This document shows positions 34,701-46,093 of a DNA stretch of 64,000 bases, one piece after another. Origin of the DNA: Macrostomum lignano (taxonomy: Eukaryota); the NCBI GenBank assembly GCA_002269645.1, contig NIVC01000302.1, forward strand, positions 192,303 through 256,302, in the 5' to 3' direction. How positions within the stretch are numbered: the stretch's first letter is position 1; each line of letters opens with the position of its first letter. Under the pieces are notes generated by a model. That model had not been told where the DNA came from. It saw nothing but the letters and a program-made list of their open reading frames with translations, and ran no database searches. The position numbers were made by a program, and so were the translations under genes.

Positions 34701-35997
34701 CTGTGAAAAGTCCCGGGTTCGATTCCTGATGTGCCCACACGTGTGCGTGCTTTAATTTGCGAAAGCGCCAACCAACGCATTCACAAATCCGCAGGCCCTA
34801 TCCGTCAGCAGCTCCTGGCTAATCTTGCTAGACGATGCCGATCAACCGTTGGACGACGAGCCATCGTTGCGTCGCCTAGTGTCCGGCGTCTGCGCATCCA
34901 GTCGCAAGCCCCTGCTGTTGGCCGCCGCCGACGCCGAGTCGCTACGACGCGGTCTCGGCCTGACCGACGCGGCGCCGATTTTTAAGCTACGCCGGCCCAG
35001 TCGACCTCTCGTGGCGGCCTACGCTCGCGTGGTCTGCCTGGCTCTTGGCTGTCGATTGTCGGCCGACGCGGCAATCGAACTGGTCGACGCCTGCCGTGGC
35101 GACATTCGCCAACTGTTGAACCTGGTGCACTTTGTATTGCCGGAATCTGGCGCCGGTGATTGTCGATTGTCGATTGCGGTACCGCCGGCGCCTATTGATG
35201 CTGCACTGCTGCTTCTAGGAGGAACTAATTCTGCTGCTTCTACGCTGAATACGATTTCGCAATCTGCCGACGTCCTCGCCTTCGCCGACTGGCTGCGTAA
35301 ACGTCGTCGCCGATGCGCCGAGGCGGCTGATCAGTTGGCGTCGTCGGGGCTCAGCCTGTTAGCTCGGCTTTCTTTACCTAGCAAACAGATTGGCCAGTCA
35401 CTGTCTGGAGGATCAGCTGAGTTGCCTAGCAACCAGACTGGCCAGTCGCTGTCAGGAAAAGGATCAGCTGAGTTGCCTAGCAACCAGACTGGCCAGTCGC
35501 TGTCAGGAAAAGGATCAGCTGAGTTGCCTAGCAACCAGACTGGCCAGTCGCTGTCAGGAGGAGGATCAGCCGAGTTGCCTAGCAACCAGACTGGCCAGTC
35601 GCTGTCAGGAAAAGGATCAGCTGAGTTGCCTAGCAACCAGACTGGCCAGTCGCTGTCAGGAGGAGGATCAGCCGAGTTGCCTAGCAACCAGACTGGCCAG
35701 TCGCTGTCAGGAGGAGGATCAGCTAAGTTACCTAGCAACCAACTGCCACTGATAGAGCCGCGGCCAGGTCTCGGTCGTCTACTCCGAGACCTTCGCCAGC
35801 CGCTGCCCAGCTGTCGCCCGTTCGGTCGCCAGGAGTCCTTGGACCGAGCTGAATTCGCCCGCTGCCTGGCCGCATCCGCTGGCTTCAACAGGCGTTCGCT
35901 TGTTCGATTAGTTGATCGTAAACTCAAATTGTCGCTCAGCGATTCCGCTATGCACTACCTGTTGAAATGCAACACGTTGGCAAGCTCAGAGTCCTAG
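31712..35997 (+). CDS. ATAD5: ATAD5/ELG1-like RFC large subunit, about 722 aa, 2 exons
   Basis: Exons 31712-32677 (donor GTAAGC) and 34795-35997 (acceptor CCGCAG), phase 0. Motifs: N-terminal RRIADYF; ALIEGP...ARAIARQHGLRVFEIGAEERRHG...LHQAATCCQV (compare ATAD5 FEVNASSQRSG..LKEATQSHQV); WLILLDDAD; SSRKPLLL; KLRRPS; CRGDIRQLLNLVHF. Confidence 0.75.
33353..33765. mobile_element. Tc1/mariner-type MITE in the ATAD5 intron, 413 bp
   Basis: TA|CTGTCAGTCAAAAGTTCCGGAACCCTTGCT ... AGCAAGGGTTCCGGAACTTTTGACGGACAG|TA. About 30-bp TIRs with 1 mismatch and a TA TSD. Confidence 0.85.
35374..35745 (+). repeat. In-frame 51-bp tandem repeat (about 7 copies) in ATAD5 exon 2
   Basis: Encodes (LPSNQTGQSLSG[K/G]GSAE)n. 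Confidence 0.9.
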
Positions 35998-36249
35998 ATA
36001 CCGTTCGCTAGATGCATTTTATATGTGCTCATTTTTTGGCAATCTGTGTTTTCTGTTAACTAAATTTACATCAATTTAACAATTGACGCAATGTGCATTT
36101 ATGGATGTGTGTTATTACTACTTATATGTATATTAATTTATTTATTAACGCCTTCGTTAATTGAAATTTTGGACAGTACAAATAATACTTTTTTTAAATC
36201 GTCGTTTGATATTTTAAACTGATTTAAAATAAATTTAGTTGCTACGCCA

Positions 36250-36450
36250 CCACCAGCCTCCCAGATCCTCAGTTGCTGTCCTGCCAGTCTCCCAGATCCT
36301 CAGTTGCTGTGCTGCCAGTCTCCCAGATCCTCAGTTGCTGTGCTGCCAGTCTCCCAGATCCTCAGTTGCTGTGCTGCCAGCCTCCCAGATCCTCAGTTGC
36401 TGTGCTGCCACCCTCCCAGATCCTCAGTTGCCGTGCTACAACCCTCCCAG
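36250..36450 (+). repeat. 31-bp minisatellite between ATAD5 and CTNNBL1
   Basis: Unit CCTCCCAGATCCTCAGTTGCTGTGCTGCCAG. Confidence 0.93.
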
Positions 36451-36581
36451 ATACTAAATTCTCAGACCCTGCTTCTCACTGCTAACATTCCAAGGCGCCT
36501 GAAACTGAAGCTACGTGTAGGCTCCGGCCCAATTCCTTTACCATCGAGAATCGAGATATAAAATTTCCCTTACATTTGCAG

Positions 36582-39500
36582 GACATCACCGAGGTTCTGT
36601 CCTACAAGCCGGCCACGCCCGGCCAGCGCCGGACGCGTTTCTCGGACAACACGGACACAGGCTACGTGGAGCGGAAGCGAGCTCGTCTGGCCGTTGCCGC
36701 CGCCACCGCCTCAGCCTCAGCGTCGGGTACCGGCGCTGGCGTCGCTCGATCATCTCGAGTGCCGCCCTCTGCATCGGCGCCGCAGCAGCCAGCTGGCCTT
36801 AATAAAGAGGCCGTCCTGCGCGCCCTCGAAGCCGACGACAATGCGGAGGGCGATGGCGCGAAAGTCGACGGCGACGATGCCGACGCTTCCAAGCCGTCAA
36901 AGGCTGACAGCGTGTCCGGGATGCGCCTGCTGATGCTTCAACTGGAGAAGCGAGCGGCTAGGAATGCCGAACTTCGAGTGAAATATTCGGATAATCCGGA
37001 GAAGTTCATGGAGTCCGAGGTTGAACTGCACTCAGCTCTGCAGGAGCTGCACACCTTGCCCACTGTGCCAGCCGCTTATCCTGTGCTGTGCGAACTGCCT
37101 GTACTGGACACCCTGCTGCAGTTGGTGCTGCACGAGAACACCGACATTTCTATTGCTGTCATTGATCTAATAGAAGAGATGACAGACACTGATGTATTGG
37201 CCGAGAATCCGGACGATACTGAACAGCTGATTGCCAAACTGATGGATGCCCAGCTGGTCATGATGCTGGTGCAGAATCTTGACCGTCTGGATGAGACTAT
37301 CAAGGAGGAGGCTGACGGAGTGCATTCGTCTTTTGGTTAGTGATGTTGCTGTGCTTGTGTTATTTGGAGAATTTTAGCTCGTATGACTAATCCTCCTTCA
37401 CTGGGGTCTGTTTCACTTGTTCAGTTAAGCTAAACGTCTGTTCACTCTGTTGAATGACGAGCTGGTCACCATGACAGTCTATACTGGTCACTCTCTGACT
37501 AGCAATCCTGGTCACTTTGCCTGACAATCTGGTCACTGACTGACAATCTGGCTATTTTCTGACTGACATCTGGTCACTGACTGACAATCTGGCTATTTTC
37601 TGACTGACATCTGGTCACTGACTGACAATCTGGCTATTTTCTGACTGACACCTGGTCACTCTAAATGACCATTTGGTCACTCTGCCTGACATTCTAACCG
37701 CTTTCTAACTAACAATCTGGTCACTATCTGACAGACAATCTGGTCACTATCTGACAGACAATCTGGTCACTTTCTGACTGATACAGTCTGGTCACTCTCT
37801 GACTGACAACCTGGTCACTCTCTGACTGACAGTCTGGTCACTCTCTGACTGACAATCTGGTCACTCTCTGACTGACAAGCTGGCCACTTTCTGACTGACA
37901 ATCTGGTCACTGCTCTCCCCAATCGCAGGCATAATCGAGAACCTGTGCGAGGCCCGACCGGACTGCCTGGAGCAGATGGCGTCTAAGCAAGGCCTGCTAG
38001 CCTGCTTGCTTAAACGCATTGGCAAGCGGGGCTTCAGTCCCAATAAGCTGTACGCTAGCGAGCTATTGGCCATACTATTGCAAAGCTCCGAGCCCAATCG
38101 TCTGCTACTAGGAGAGCTCAAAGGCGTTGATATTCTGCTCAACCAGCTGGCCCATTATAAACGGCAGGATCCGGCAGATTCTGAGGAGCGCGAGCTGATG
38201 GAGAATCTCTTTAATTGTCTGTGCAGCGCCCTGCTAGCCAAGGCTAATAAAGACCGATTCCTGCGAGGCGAAGGGCTGCAATTGATGAATCTGATCCTCA
38301 GGGAGAAGCGGGTTGCCAGGCCGTCGGCTCTGAAGGTAGCCTGACTGACTGACTCACTGACTGACTGACTGACTGACTGACTGACTTATTGACTCACTCA
38401 CTGACTCACTGACTCACTGACTGACTCACTGACTGACTCACTGACTGACTGACTGACTGACTGACTGACTGACTTATTGACTCACTCACTGACTCACTGA
38501 CTCACTGACTGACTCACTGACTGACTCACTGACTGACTCACTGACTGACTGACTGACTCACTGACTGACTGACTGACTCACTGACTGACTGACTGACTCA
38601 CTGACTGACTGACTGACTGACTGACTGACTGACTGACTGACTGACTGACTGACTGACTGACTGACTTATTGACTCACTCACTGACTCACTGACTCACTGA
38701 CTGACTCACTGACTGACTCACTGACTGACTCACTGACTGACTGACTGACTCACTGACTGACTGACTGACTCACTGACTGACTGACTGACTCACTGACTGA
38801 CTCACTGACTCACTGACTCACTGACTGACTGACTGACTGACTGACTGACTGACTGACTGACTTATTGACTCACTCACTGACTGACTGACTCACTGACTGA
38901 CTGACTGACTGACTGACTGACTGACTGACTGACTGACTGACTTATTGACTCACTCACTGACTCACTGACTCACTGACTGACTCACTGACTGACTCACTCA
39001 CTGACTCACTGACTGACTGACTGACTCACTGACTGACTGACTGACTCACTGACTGACTGACTGACTGACTGACTGACTGACTGACTTATTGACTCACTCA
39101 CTGACTCACTGACTCACTGACTCACTGACTGACTCACTGACTGACTGACTGACTCACTGACTGACTGACTGACTCACTGACTGACTGACTGACTCACTGA
39201 CTGACTGACTGACTGACTGACTCACTCACTGACTCACTGACTCACTGACTGACTCGCTGACTGACTGACTGACTTATTGACTCACTAACTGACTCACTCA
39301 CTGACTCACTCACTGACTCACTGACTGACTCACTGACTGACTGACTGACTCACTGACTGACTCACTGACTGACTCACTGACTCACTGACTGACTGACTGA
39401 CTCACTGACTGACTGACTGACTCACTGACTGACTCACTGACTGACTGACTGACTCACTGACTCACTGACTCACTGACTGACTCACTGACTGACTGACTGA

Positions 39501-42500
39501 CTGACTGACTGACTTATTGACTCACTTACTGACTCACTGACTCACTGACTGACTCACTGACTGACTCACTCACTGACTCACTGACTCACTGACTGACTGA
39601 CTGACTCACTGACTGACTGACTGACTGACTCACTGACTGACTGACTGACTGACTGACTGACTGACTTATTGACTCACTCACTGACTCACTGACTCACTGA
39701 CTGACTCACTGACTGACTCACTGACTGACTGACTGACTCACTGACTGACTGACTGACTCACTGACTGACTGACTGACTCACTGACTGACTGACTGACTGA
39801 CTGACTGACTCACTCACTGACTCACTGACTCACTGACTGACTCGCTGACTGACTGACTGACTTATTGACTCACTCACTGACTCACTCACTGACTCACTCA
39901 CTGACTCACTGACTGACTCACTGACTGACTGACTGACTCACTGACTGACTCACTGACTGACTCACTGACTGACTCACTGACTCACTGACTGACTGACTGA
40001 CTCACTGACTGACTGACTGACTCACTGACTGACTCACTGACTGACTGACTGACTGACTCACTGACTCACTGACTGACTCACTGACTGACTGACTGACTGA
40101 CTGACTGACTTATTGACTCACTCACTGACTCACTGACTCACTGACTGACTCACTGACTGACTCACTGACTGACTGACTCACTGACTGACTGACTGACTGA
40201 CTGACTGACTGACTGACTGACTCACTGACTGACTGACTGACTGACTGACTGACTCACTGACTGACTGACTGACTCACTGACTGACTCACTGACTGACTCA
40301 CTGACTGACTCACTGACTGACTCACTGACTGACTGACTGACTGACTGACTGACTGACTGACTGACTGACTGACTGACTGACTGACTGACTGACTGACTGA
40401 CTTATTGACTCACTCACTGACTCACTCACTGACTCACTGACTGACTGACTGACTGACTGACTGACTGACTGACTCACTGACTGACTGACTGACTCACTGA
40501 CTGACTGACTGACTCACTGACTGACTCACTCACTGACTGACTGACTCACTGACTGACTTATTGACTCACTGACTGTCTCACTGACTGACTGACTGACTGA
40601 CTGACTCACTGATTCACTGACTGACTCACTGACTGACTGACTCACTCACTCACTGACTGACTCACTCACTCACTGACTGACTCACTGACTGACTCACTGA
40701 CTGACTCACTGACTCACTAACTGACTCACTGACTCACTCACATAACCACCGCAGGTGCTGGACTACGCACTGAACGGGCCAGACGGTGCGGATAACGCCT
40801 TAAAATTCGTGGACATTCTCGGCCTAAGAACTATCTTCCCGGTGTTTATGCGACCGCCAAAACCGAAAAAAAGCGGCTTCTCAGTACAAGAGATTGAAGA
40901 GCACCTGTGCTCAATATTGCACAATCTGTTGCGGCACTGCGCTAATTCGCCTACGCACAAGACTAGGATTCTGGCTAAGTTTGTTGAGAACGATCACGCC
41001 AAGATGGAGCGGCTGGCTGAGCTGCATTTCAAATGGCGCGATTCTGTCAAAGCGGCTGACAGGCGGCTGCTGGCTGAACGGCGCCAGCCGGAGCTGTGGA
41101 ATGCTAGCACTGAGGAGGAGCTGGAGGAGGAAGTCTATCTGAGACGGTGCGGGCTGGTTAACAGATTAAATCTGTCAAGAATTAGAGGATTAACGCTGCT
41201 GAGATTAGAGGGTCACTGTTGGCGTTGGTGGTTTGTGGATTTTATCGATAGGAGATTAGCGAATTATCCATAGGAGATTAGCAGATCATCTATAGGAGAT
41301 TAGCAGATCATCTATAGGAGATTAGCGGATTTTCTATAGGAGATTAGCGGATTATCTATAGGAGATAAGCGGATTATCTATAGGAGATTAGCGGATTATC
41401 TATAGGAGATTAGCTGATCATCTATAGGAGATTAGCTGATCATCTATAGGAGATTAGCTGATCATCTATAGGAGATTAGCTGATCATCTATAGGAGATTA
41501 GCTGATCATCTATAGGAGATTAGCTGATCATCGATAGGAGATTAGCTGATCATCTATAGGAGATTAGCAGATCATCGATAGGAGATTAGCTGATCATCTA
41601 TAGGAGATTAGCAGATCATCTATAGGAGATTAGCTGATCATCGATAGGAGATTAGCTGATCGTCTATAGGAGATTAGCAGATCATCTATAGGAGATTAGC
41701 AGATCATCTATAGGAGATTAGCGGATTTTCTATAGGAGATTAGCGGATTATCTATAGGAGATAAGCGGATTATCTATAGGAGATTAGCGGATTATCTATA
41801 GGAGATTAGCTGATCATCTATAGGAGATTAGCTGATCATCTATAGGAGATTAGCTGATCATCTATAGGAGATTAGCTGATCATCTATAGGAGATTAGCTG
41901 ATCATCTATAGGAGATTAGCTGATCATCGATAGGAGATTAGCTGATCATCTATAGGAGATTAGCAGATCATCGATAGGAGATTAGCTGATCATCTATAGG
42001 AGATTAGCAGATCATCTATAGGAGATTAGCGGATTTTCTATAGGAGATAAGCGGATTATCTATAGGAGATTAGCGGATTATCTATAGGAGATTAGCTGAT
42101 CATCTATAGGAGATTAGCTGATCATCTATAGGAGATTAGCTGATCATCTATAGGAGATTAGCTGATCATCTATAGGAGATTAGCTGATCATCTATAGGAG
42201 ATTAGCTGATCATCTATAGGAGATTAGCTGATCATCGATAGGAGATTAGCTGATCATCTAAAGGGGATTAGCGGATTTTCTATAGGAGATAAGCGGATTT
42301 TCTATAGGAGATTAGCGGATTTTCTATAGGAGATTAGCGGATTTTCTGTAGGAGATTAGCGGATTTTCTATAGGAGATTAGCGGATTTTCTATAGGAGAT
42401 TAGCGGATTTTCTGTAGGAGATAAGCGGATTTTCTTTAGGAGATTAGCGGATTTTCTGTAGGAGATTAGCAGATTATCTATGAGATTAGCGGTTTATCTG

Positions 42501-42914
42501 TAGGGGATTACAAAATTACCTGTCTTGATAAGGCAATCATACTTGTTGAAAAGATTAGTGAGATTTGAAAAAAATATGACAAGCCAATTTAGTATCATCT
42601 TTTTAAAGCTAATCCTATATGACTCCACCAGGCTATTTTAGTGTTTAATTTTCCTACTTGTCCTCAGACTGGAAATGGGCCTGTTCACCCTGCAGCTGGT
42701 GGACCTAATCCTGCTCCAAGTGTGCGCCATGTCGCCGCCAGATGCTGGCGTTGTTCGGCCAGTCCGCCAGATGTTCAACATGCGATCCAGTCCGCTGCCC
42801 GCCGTGCACGGAGTTGTCAAAGAGCACCTGGCGCACAGCGATGACGCAGAGGAGAAGGCCCGGCTGGAGCCGCTGCTGGCCGTGTTTAAAGAACGATTCG
42901 GATTGGCCGAGTGA
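36582..42914 (+). CDS. CTNNBL1: Beta-catenin-like protein 1 (PRP19/CDC5L complex), about 600 aa, 4 exons; start codon not in the genomic frame
   Basis: Exons 36582-37335, 37929-38335, 40755-41146, 42668-42914 (1800 nt, phases consistent). Motifs: DITEVLSYKP, NAELRVKYSDNPEKFMESEVELH, LLQLVLHENTDISIAVIDLIEEMTD, NKLYASELLAILLQ, EERELMENLFNCLCS, FLRGEGLQLMNLILREK, VLDYAL, FVENDHAKMERLAELH, YLRRLEMGLFTLQ. Confidence 0.95.
37470..37915 (+). repeat. About 21-bp CTGACTGACAATCTGGTCACT minisatellite in CTNNBL1 intron 1
   Basis: Direct observation; degenerate copies. Confidence 0.88.
38341..40742 (+). repeat. (CTGA/CTCA)n tetranucleotide array filling CTNNBL1 intron 2
   Basis: Starts 5 nt after the donor and ends about 12 nt before the acceptor. 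A recurring CTTATTGACTCAC landmark indicates higher-order duplication. Confidence 0.97.
41250..42500 (+). repeat. 22-bp minisatellite in CTNNBL1 intron 3
   Basis: Unit CTATAGGAGATTAGCTGATCAT and variants. Confidence 0.96.
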
Positions 42915-42958
42915 ATTTCACTGCCAAGGACTACTGTCAGATGGACTGGAGTGCGCTT

Positions 42959-45900
42959 CATAGTTGCCACCCCTGCTCAAATTTTGAGCAATTGCTCAAA
43001 AAAATTTAAGCTGCTCAAATGCTCAATTTTATTTGGTTCTGCTCAAAAAAGTAATTATTTTTTTGCTTGTCTATTTTTTACTTCTATTGCTAAAAAGTCA
43101 TTCTAAATAAAGTAAGAAAGGTCAAAATGATTCTTGTTCCTTCTTTTTGGGTCATTAGTTTTGTAATTTTCTCTATAAACTTATACGTATAAGTCTATGT
43201 ATAAGTATATTATATGTATAAGTAGTGAAAGTACTAAAGTGGGAATCTAGGGAAGTAGTAGTTTAGGTACTACGCTCGTATAAAATTCAAGTCACATTTC
43301 AGCCACATTCTAATGCCCACTGATCGAAAAACGAAGTGGAATGCTACCTGGTTATCTGAACATGACCATTCTGGGGTCAAAATATCACGATGGTGCCAGA
43401 AAGACGACGACAATGACGATGAAGCCACATGTAGATTGTGCAACCGTGGAGTAAATTTTCGTCAACATGGCATTGCTGCTTTGCGACAACATGCTGATGG
43501 TGCAAAGCACAAGGCTCTTTCTCGGGCTATGGTTGCTGCTTACAGTCAGCAAAAAATCAATGCTTTTTTCCCAATCACTCCATCTGAGAACCAACAACTA
43601 AAAAAAGTGGAGGCAGAGGCATCTTTGCCCCAACAGACCATGGCGGCGAGCCTACGATTCGGACTGCTTGTTGTTCGGAAAGACCTATCATTCAAAACTA
43701 TGGACGAAATTTCTGAAACACTGCCTGTTGCTATTCCTGATAGCAGTGTTGCTCAGAACTTTTCATGTGGAAGAACCAAGACAACGTACCTGGTCACTGA
43801 TGCACTTGCCCCACATGCTAAGGAGGAAATGTTTAAGAGCCTTCGTGACTCTCCCTTTTCAATTCTGCTTGATGAGGGCACGAAACGTGACCGCTGCTGG
43901 CTGGTTTTACTGGCCCGCACTTTCTGCATTGAAAGGCAGAAGGTAATTCTTGTCTACATTGGTTCAGAGGAGCTTAAAAATTCATCGGCGTCAAATATGA
44001 AGGACACAGTTTTGTCGTTGCTATCCCAAGCCAAATTGCCTGCAAGGAATGTTATTTCCGTGATGACAGATTCCTGCAATGCAATGAGAGGTATGCGAGA
44101 TAGCTTGATGAGTAATCCTTGTTGACAAAGATCCTGTCCCTAAAATAATTCACCTTTCACATTTCAGGCATCCACAATGGACTTCTCACCAAGCTGAAAG
44201 ATGCTATGCCGCAGCTTATTGATGTTGGAGGCTGCAGTCTCCATCATGTACATAATAGTGTTCAATATGCAACTAAGGCATTTGACAGCACTGGCGAGGC
44301 TGAAGGACTGATGGATGATGTCTATAACTATTTCCGATTTGTGAAAAGGCGCGGAGCATTCCATGAGGTATGAATTTAAACTTTGCTTAATCTTGAATGT
44401 GCTTTTCTTCCCTGACAAAAATTAAAATTTTTAGATTCAGGATGCACTGGACCTGGCTGAACACGTGTTCATCCGCCGAGTCGAAACTCGCTGGCTCCAG
44501 ATTCTAAACGTCATTCGACGGATTCTAGAGCAATGGGAGGCCCTGAAGCTGCACTTTGAGAAAGCTAGTGCCTCAGAACTGGACAACATTCGGGCACGAC
44601 GAATCAAGCTGGCCCTTACTGATGAGATGCTAGCCAAGCTCCAGTTCTTAAGCCAAGTGCTGCCAAGATGCGAAGCATTCGAGAAAATTTTTCAGCGGGA
44701 GAGCACTCAGGTTCACCACTTGGCTTCTTCGCTGGAAAAGCTTTTTAGTGACATTCTTCTTTGCTTCATGCGGAGTGAAGTTGTTGAAAACAGCCGCTCT
44801 CTTTCAGACCTGGTTGACAGGGCTACTGATCGCAACAATCAACTAATGAACAAAGATCTAATCATCGGCTCGGCCACCCGTGAGACTGTTGCACGGTTAC
44901 GTCAGATGGAGCAGATTGGCTTTTTTAAGTCAGTTCGCTGCTTCTTTTCTGAAATTATTAGTCGACTGTTTGCCTACTTACCTTTCAACAACAAGGTGCT
45001 TTCTGGCCTTCAGTTTGTGGATCCTGAATACATGTTGGGATCAGACTTCAACTTTGACAACAGCATTCTACGTGTTGGGCGTGCTATGAGCACAGTCATT
45101 TCTGCCGACTTGCTGGATGATATCCGGCTGGAAGCTACAAGGCTTCGACTGACCTGCCCAACTGAGAAAGCAAAGGAGACACCAGAGGCTTTTTGGGCAC
45201 AGCTTTCTGTTGAAGATTATCCTCATCTTTCTAAACTAGGTCGTGCTGCCTGCTGCATACCGCACGGTAATGCAGATAGTGAACGAGTTTTGAAATGGGT
45301 GGCCAACAACTTGACCAAGCAGCGCAATAGGCTAGGAGAAGTTACGCTGGACTCGATTTTGGCTGTGAAAGTTTGGATGAAATGCAACAGCACTGGCCCA
45401 GCCAAGGTCACTATTGATTCTAACCTGCTGGACACAGCTTTTCAAGCCAAAAGCAAAGCCGATGAGCGACGACGAGCTAAGCAAAACGAAAAGGCCATGA
45501 AGCGACTTCAGCAAGCACTGGAGGAGCAGCGACGACTGGTTACTGAAAAGGAGAAAGAGCTCCAGCAGCAGAAGCAACAAAAGCAGGCAGAGGCCCAAAC
45601 AAAGATTGACGAAATGCGCAAGAAGGCTCAGGACATGCTCGCACTTGCTGATAAGGAGGAGCATGCCCTACGCAAGCGGCATGGTGACAGTGAAGAAGCA
45701 AAATCAAAGAAGAAGAAGAAATGACTATGTTTGTACATTTTATCAGCTTAAAATTTACTGAATGTTTGTAGTAACTATAACTCTAAGCTTCATGCTGTAG
45801 TCTTTATTGTCTGAGGTGCTTCTTTTTATTTTTGTCTGCGCAACTTGAAACAATTTTCCTTGTACATGTAAACCATTTTTGTTTTCGAATTTACTAAATG

Positions 45901-46010
45901 TCTGTCATAGTGAAAAGAAAAACTGGTTTGTGGGAAGGATGCGAGTTTTTGACCTGCGCTAAAAATTAGTCCTTGCGCTACTTTTCTTCAAAAACTGGGT
46001 GGCAACTATG
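42959..46010 (+). mobile_element. Full-length autonomous-looking hAT transposon, 3052 bp
   Basis: Perfect 14-bp TIRs CATAGTTGCCACCC / GGGTGGCAACTATG and a perfect 8-bp TSD GTGCGCTT (42951-42958, 46011-46018). Repeated subterminal TGCTCAA motifs on the left and TGCGCTA on the right. Intact transposase inside. Confidence 0.95.
43313..45724 (+). CDS. hAT-family transposase, about 755 aa, 3 exons
   Basis: Exons 43313-44090, 44168-44367, 44435 (or 44441)-45724. N-terminal zinc finger (W..W...ATCRLC...LRQHADGAKH); catalytic FSILLDEGT, MTDSCNAMRG, GCSLHHVHN (CxxH), RRVETRWL, PHGNADSERV; basic C-terminal coiled coil with a KKKKK NLS-like end. No stops. Confidence 0.92.
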
Positions 46011-46093
46011 GTGCGCTTCTTTAGGGTTATTTTTCCTATATGGTTAGAGGTTCTTCATAACAGCATATAGACAGGTGGAATTCTAAGGCTCAT

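Noticed and set aside
34678-34730. Possible tRNA gene (GTCCCGGGTTCGATTCC)
   Set aside because: Only the T-arm/B-box is recognisable and I could not fold a cloverleaf; more likely a decayed SINE head.
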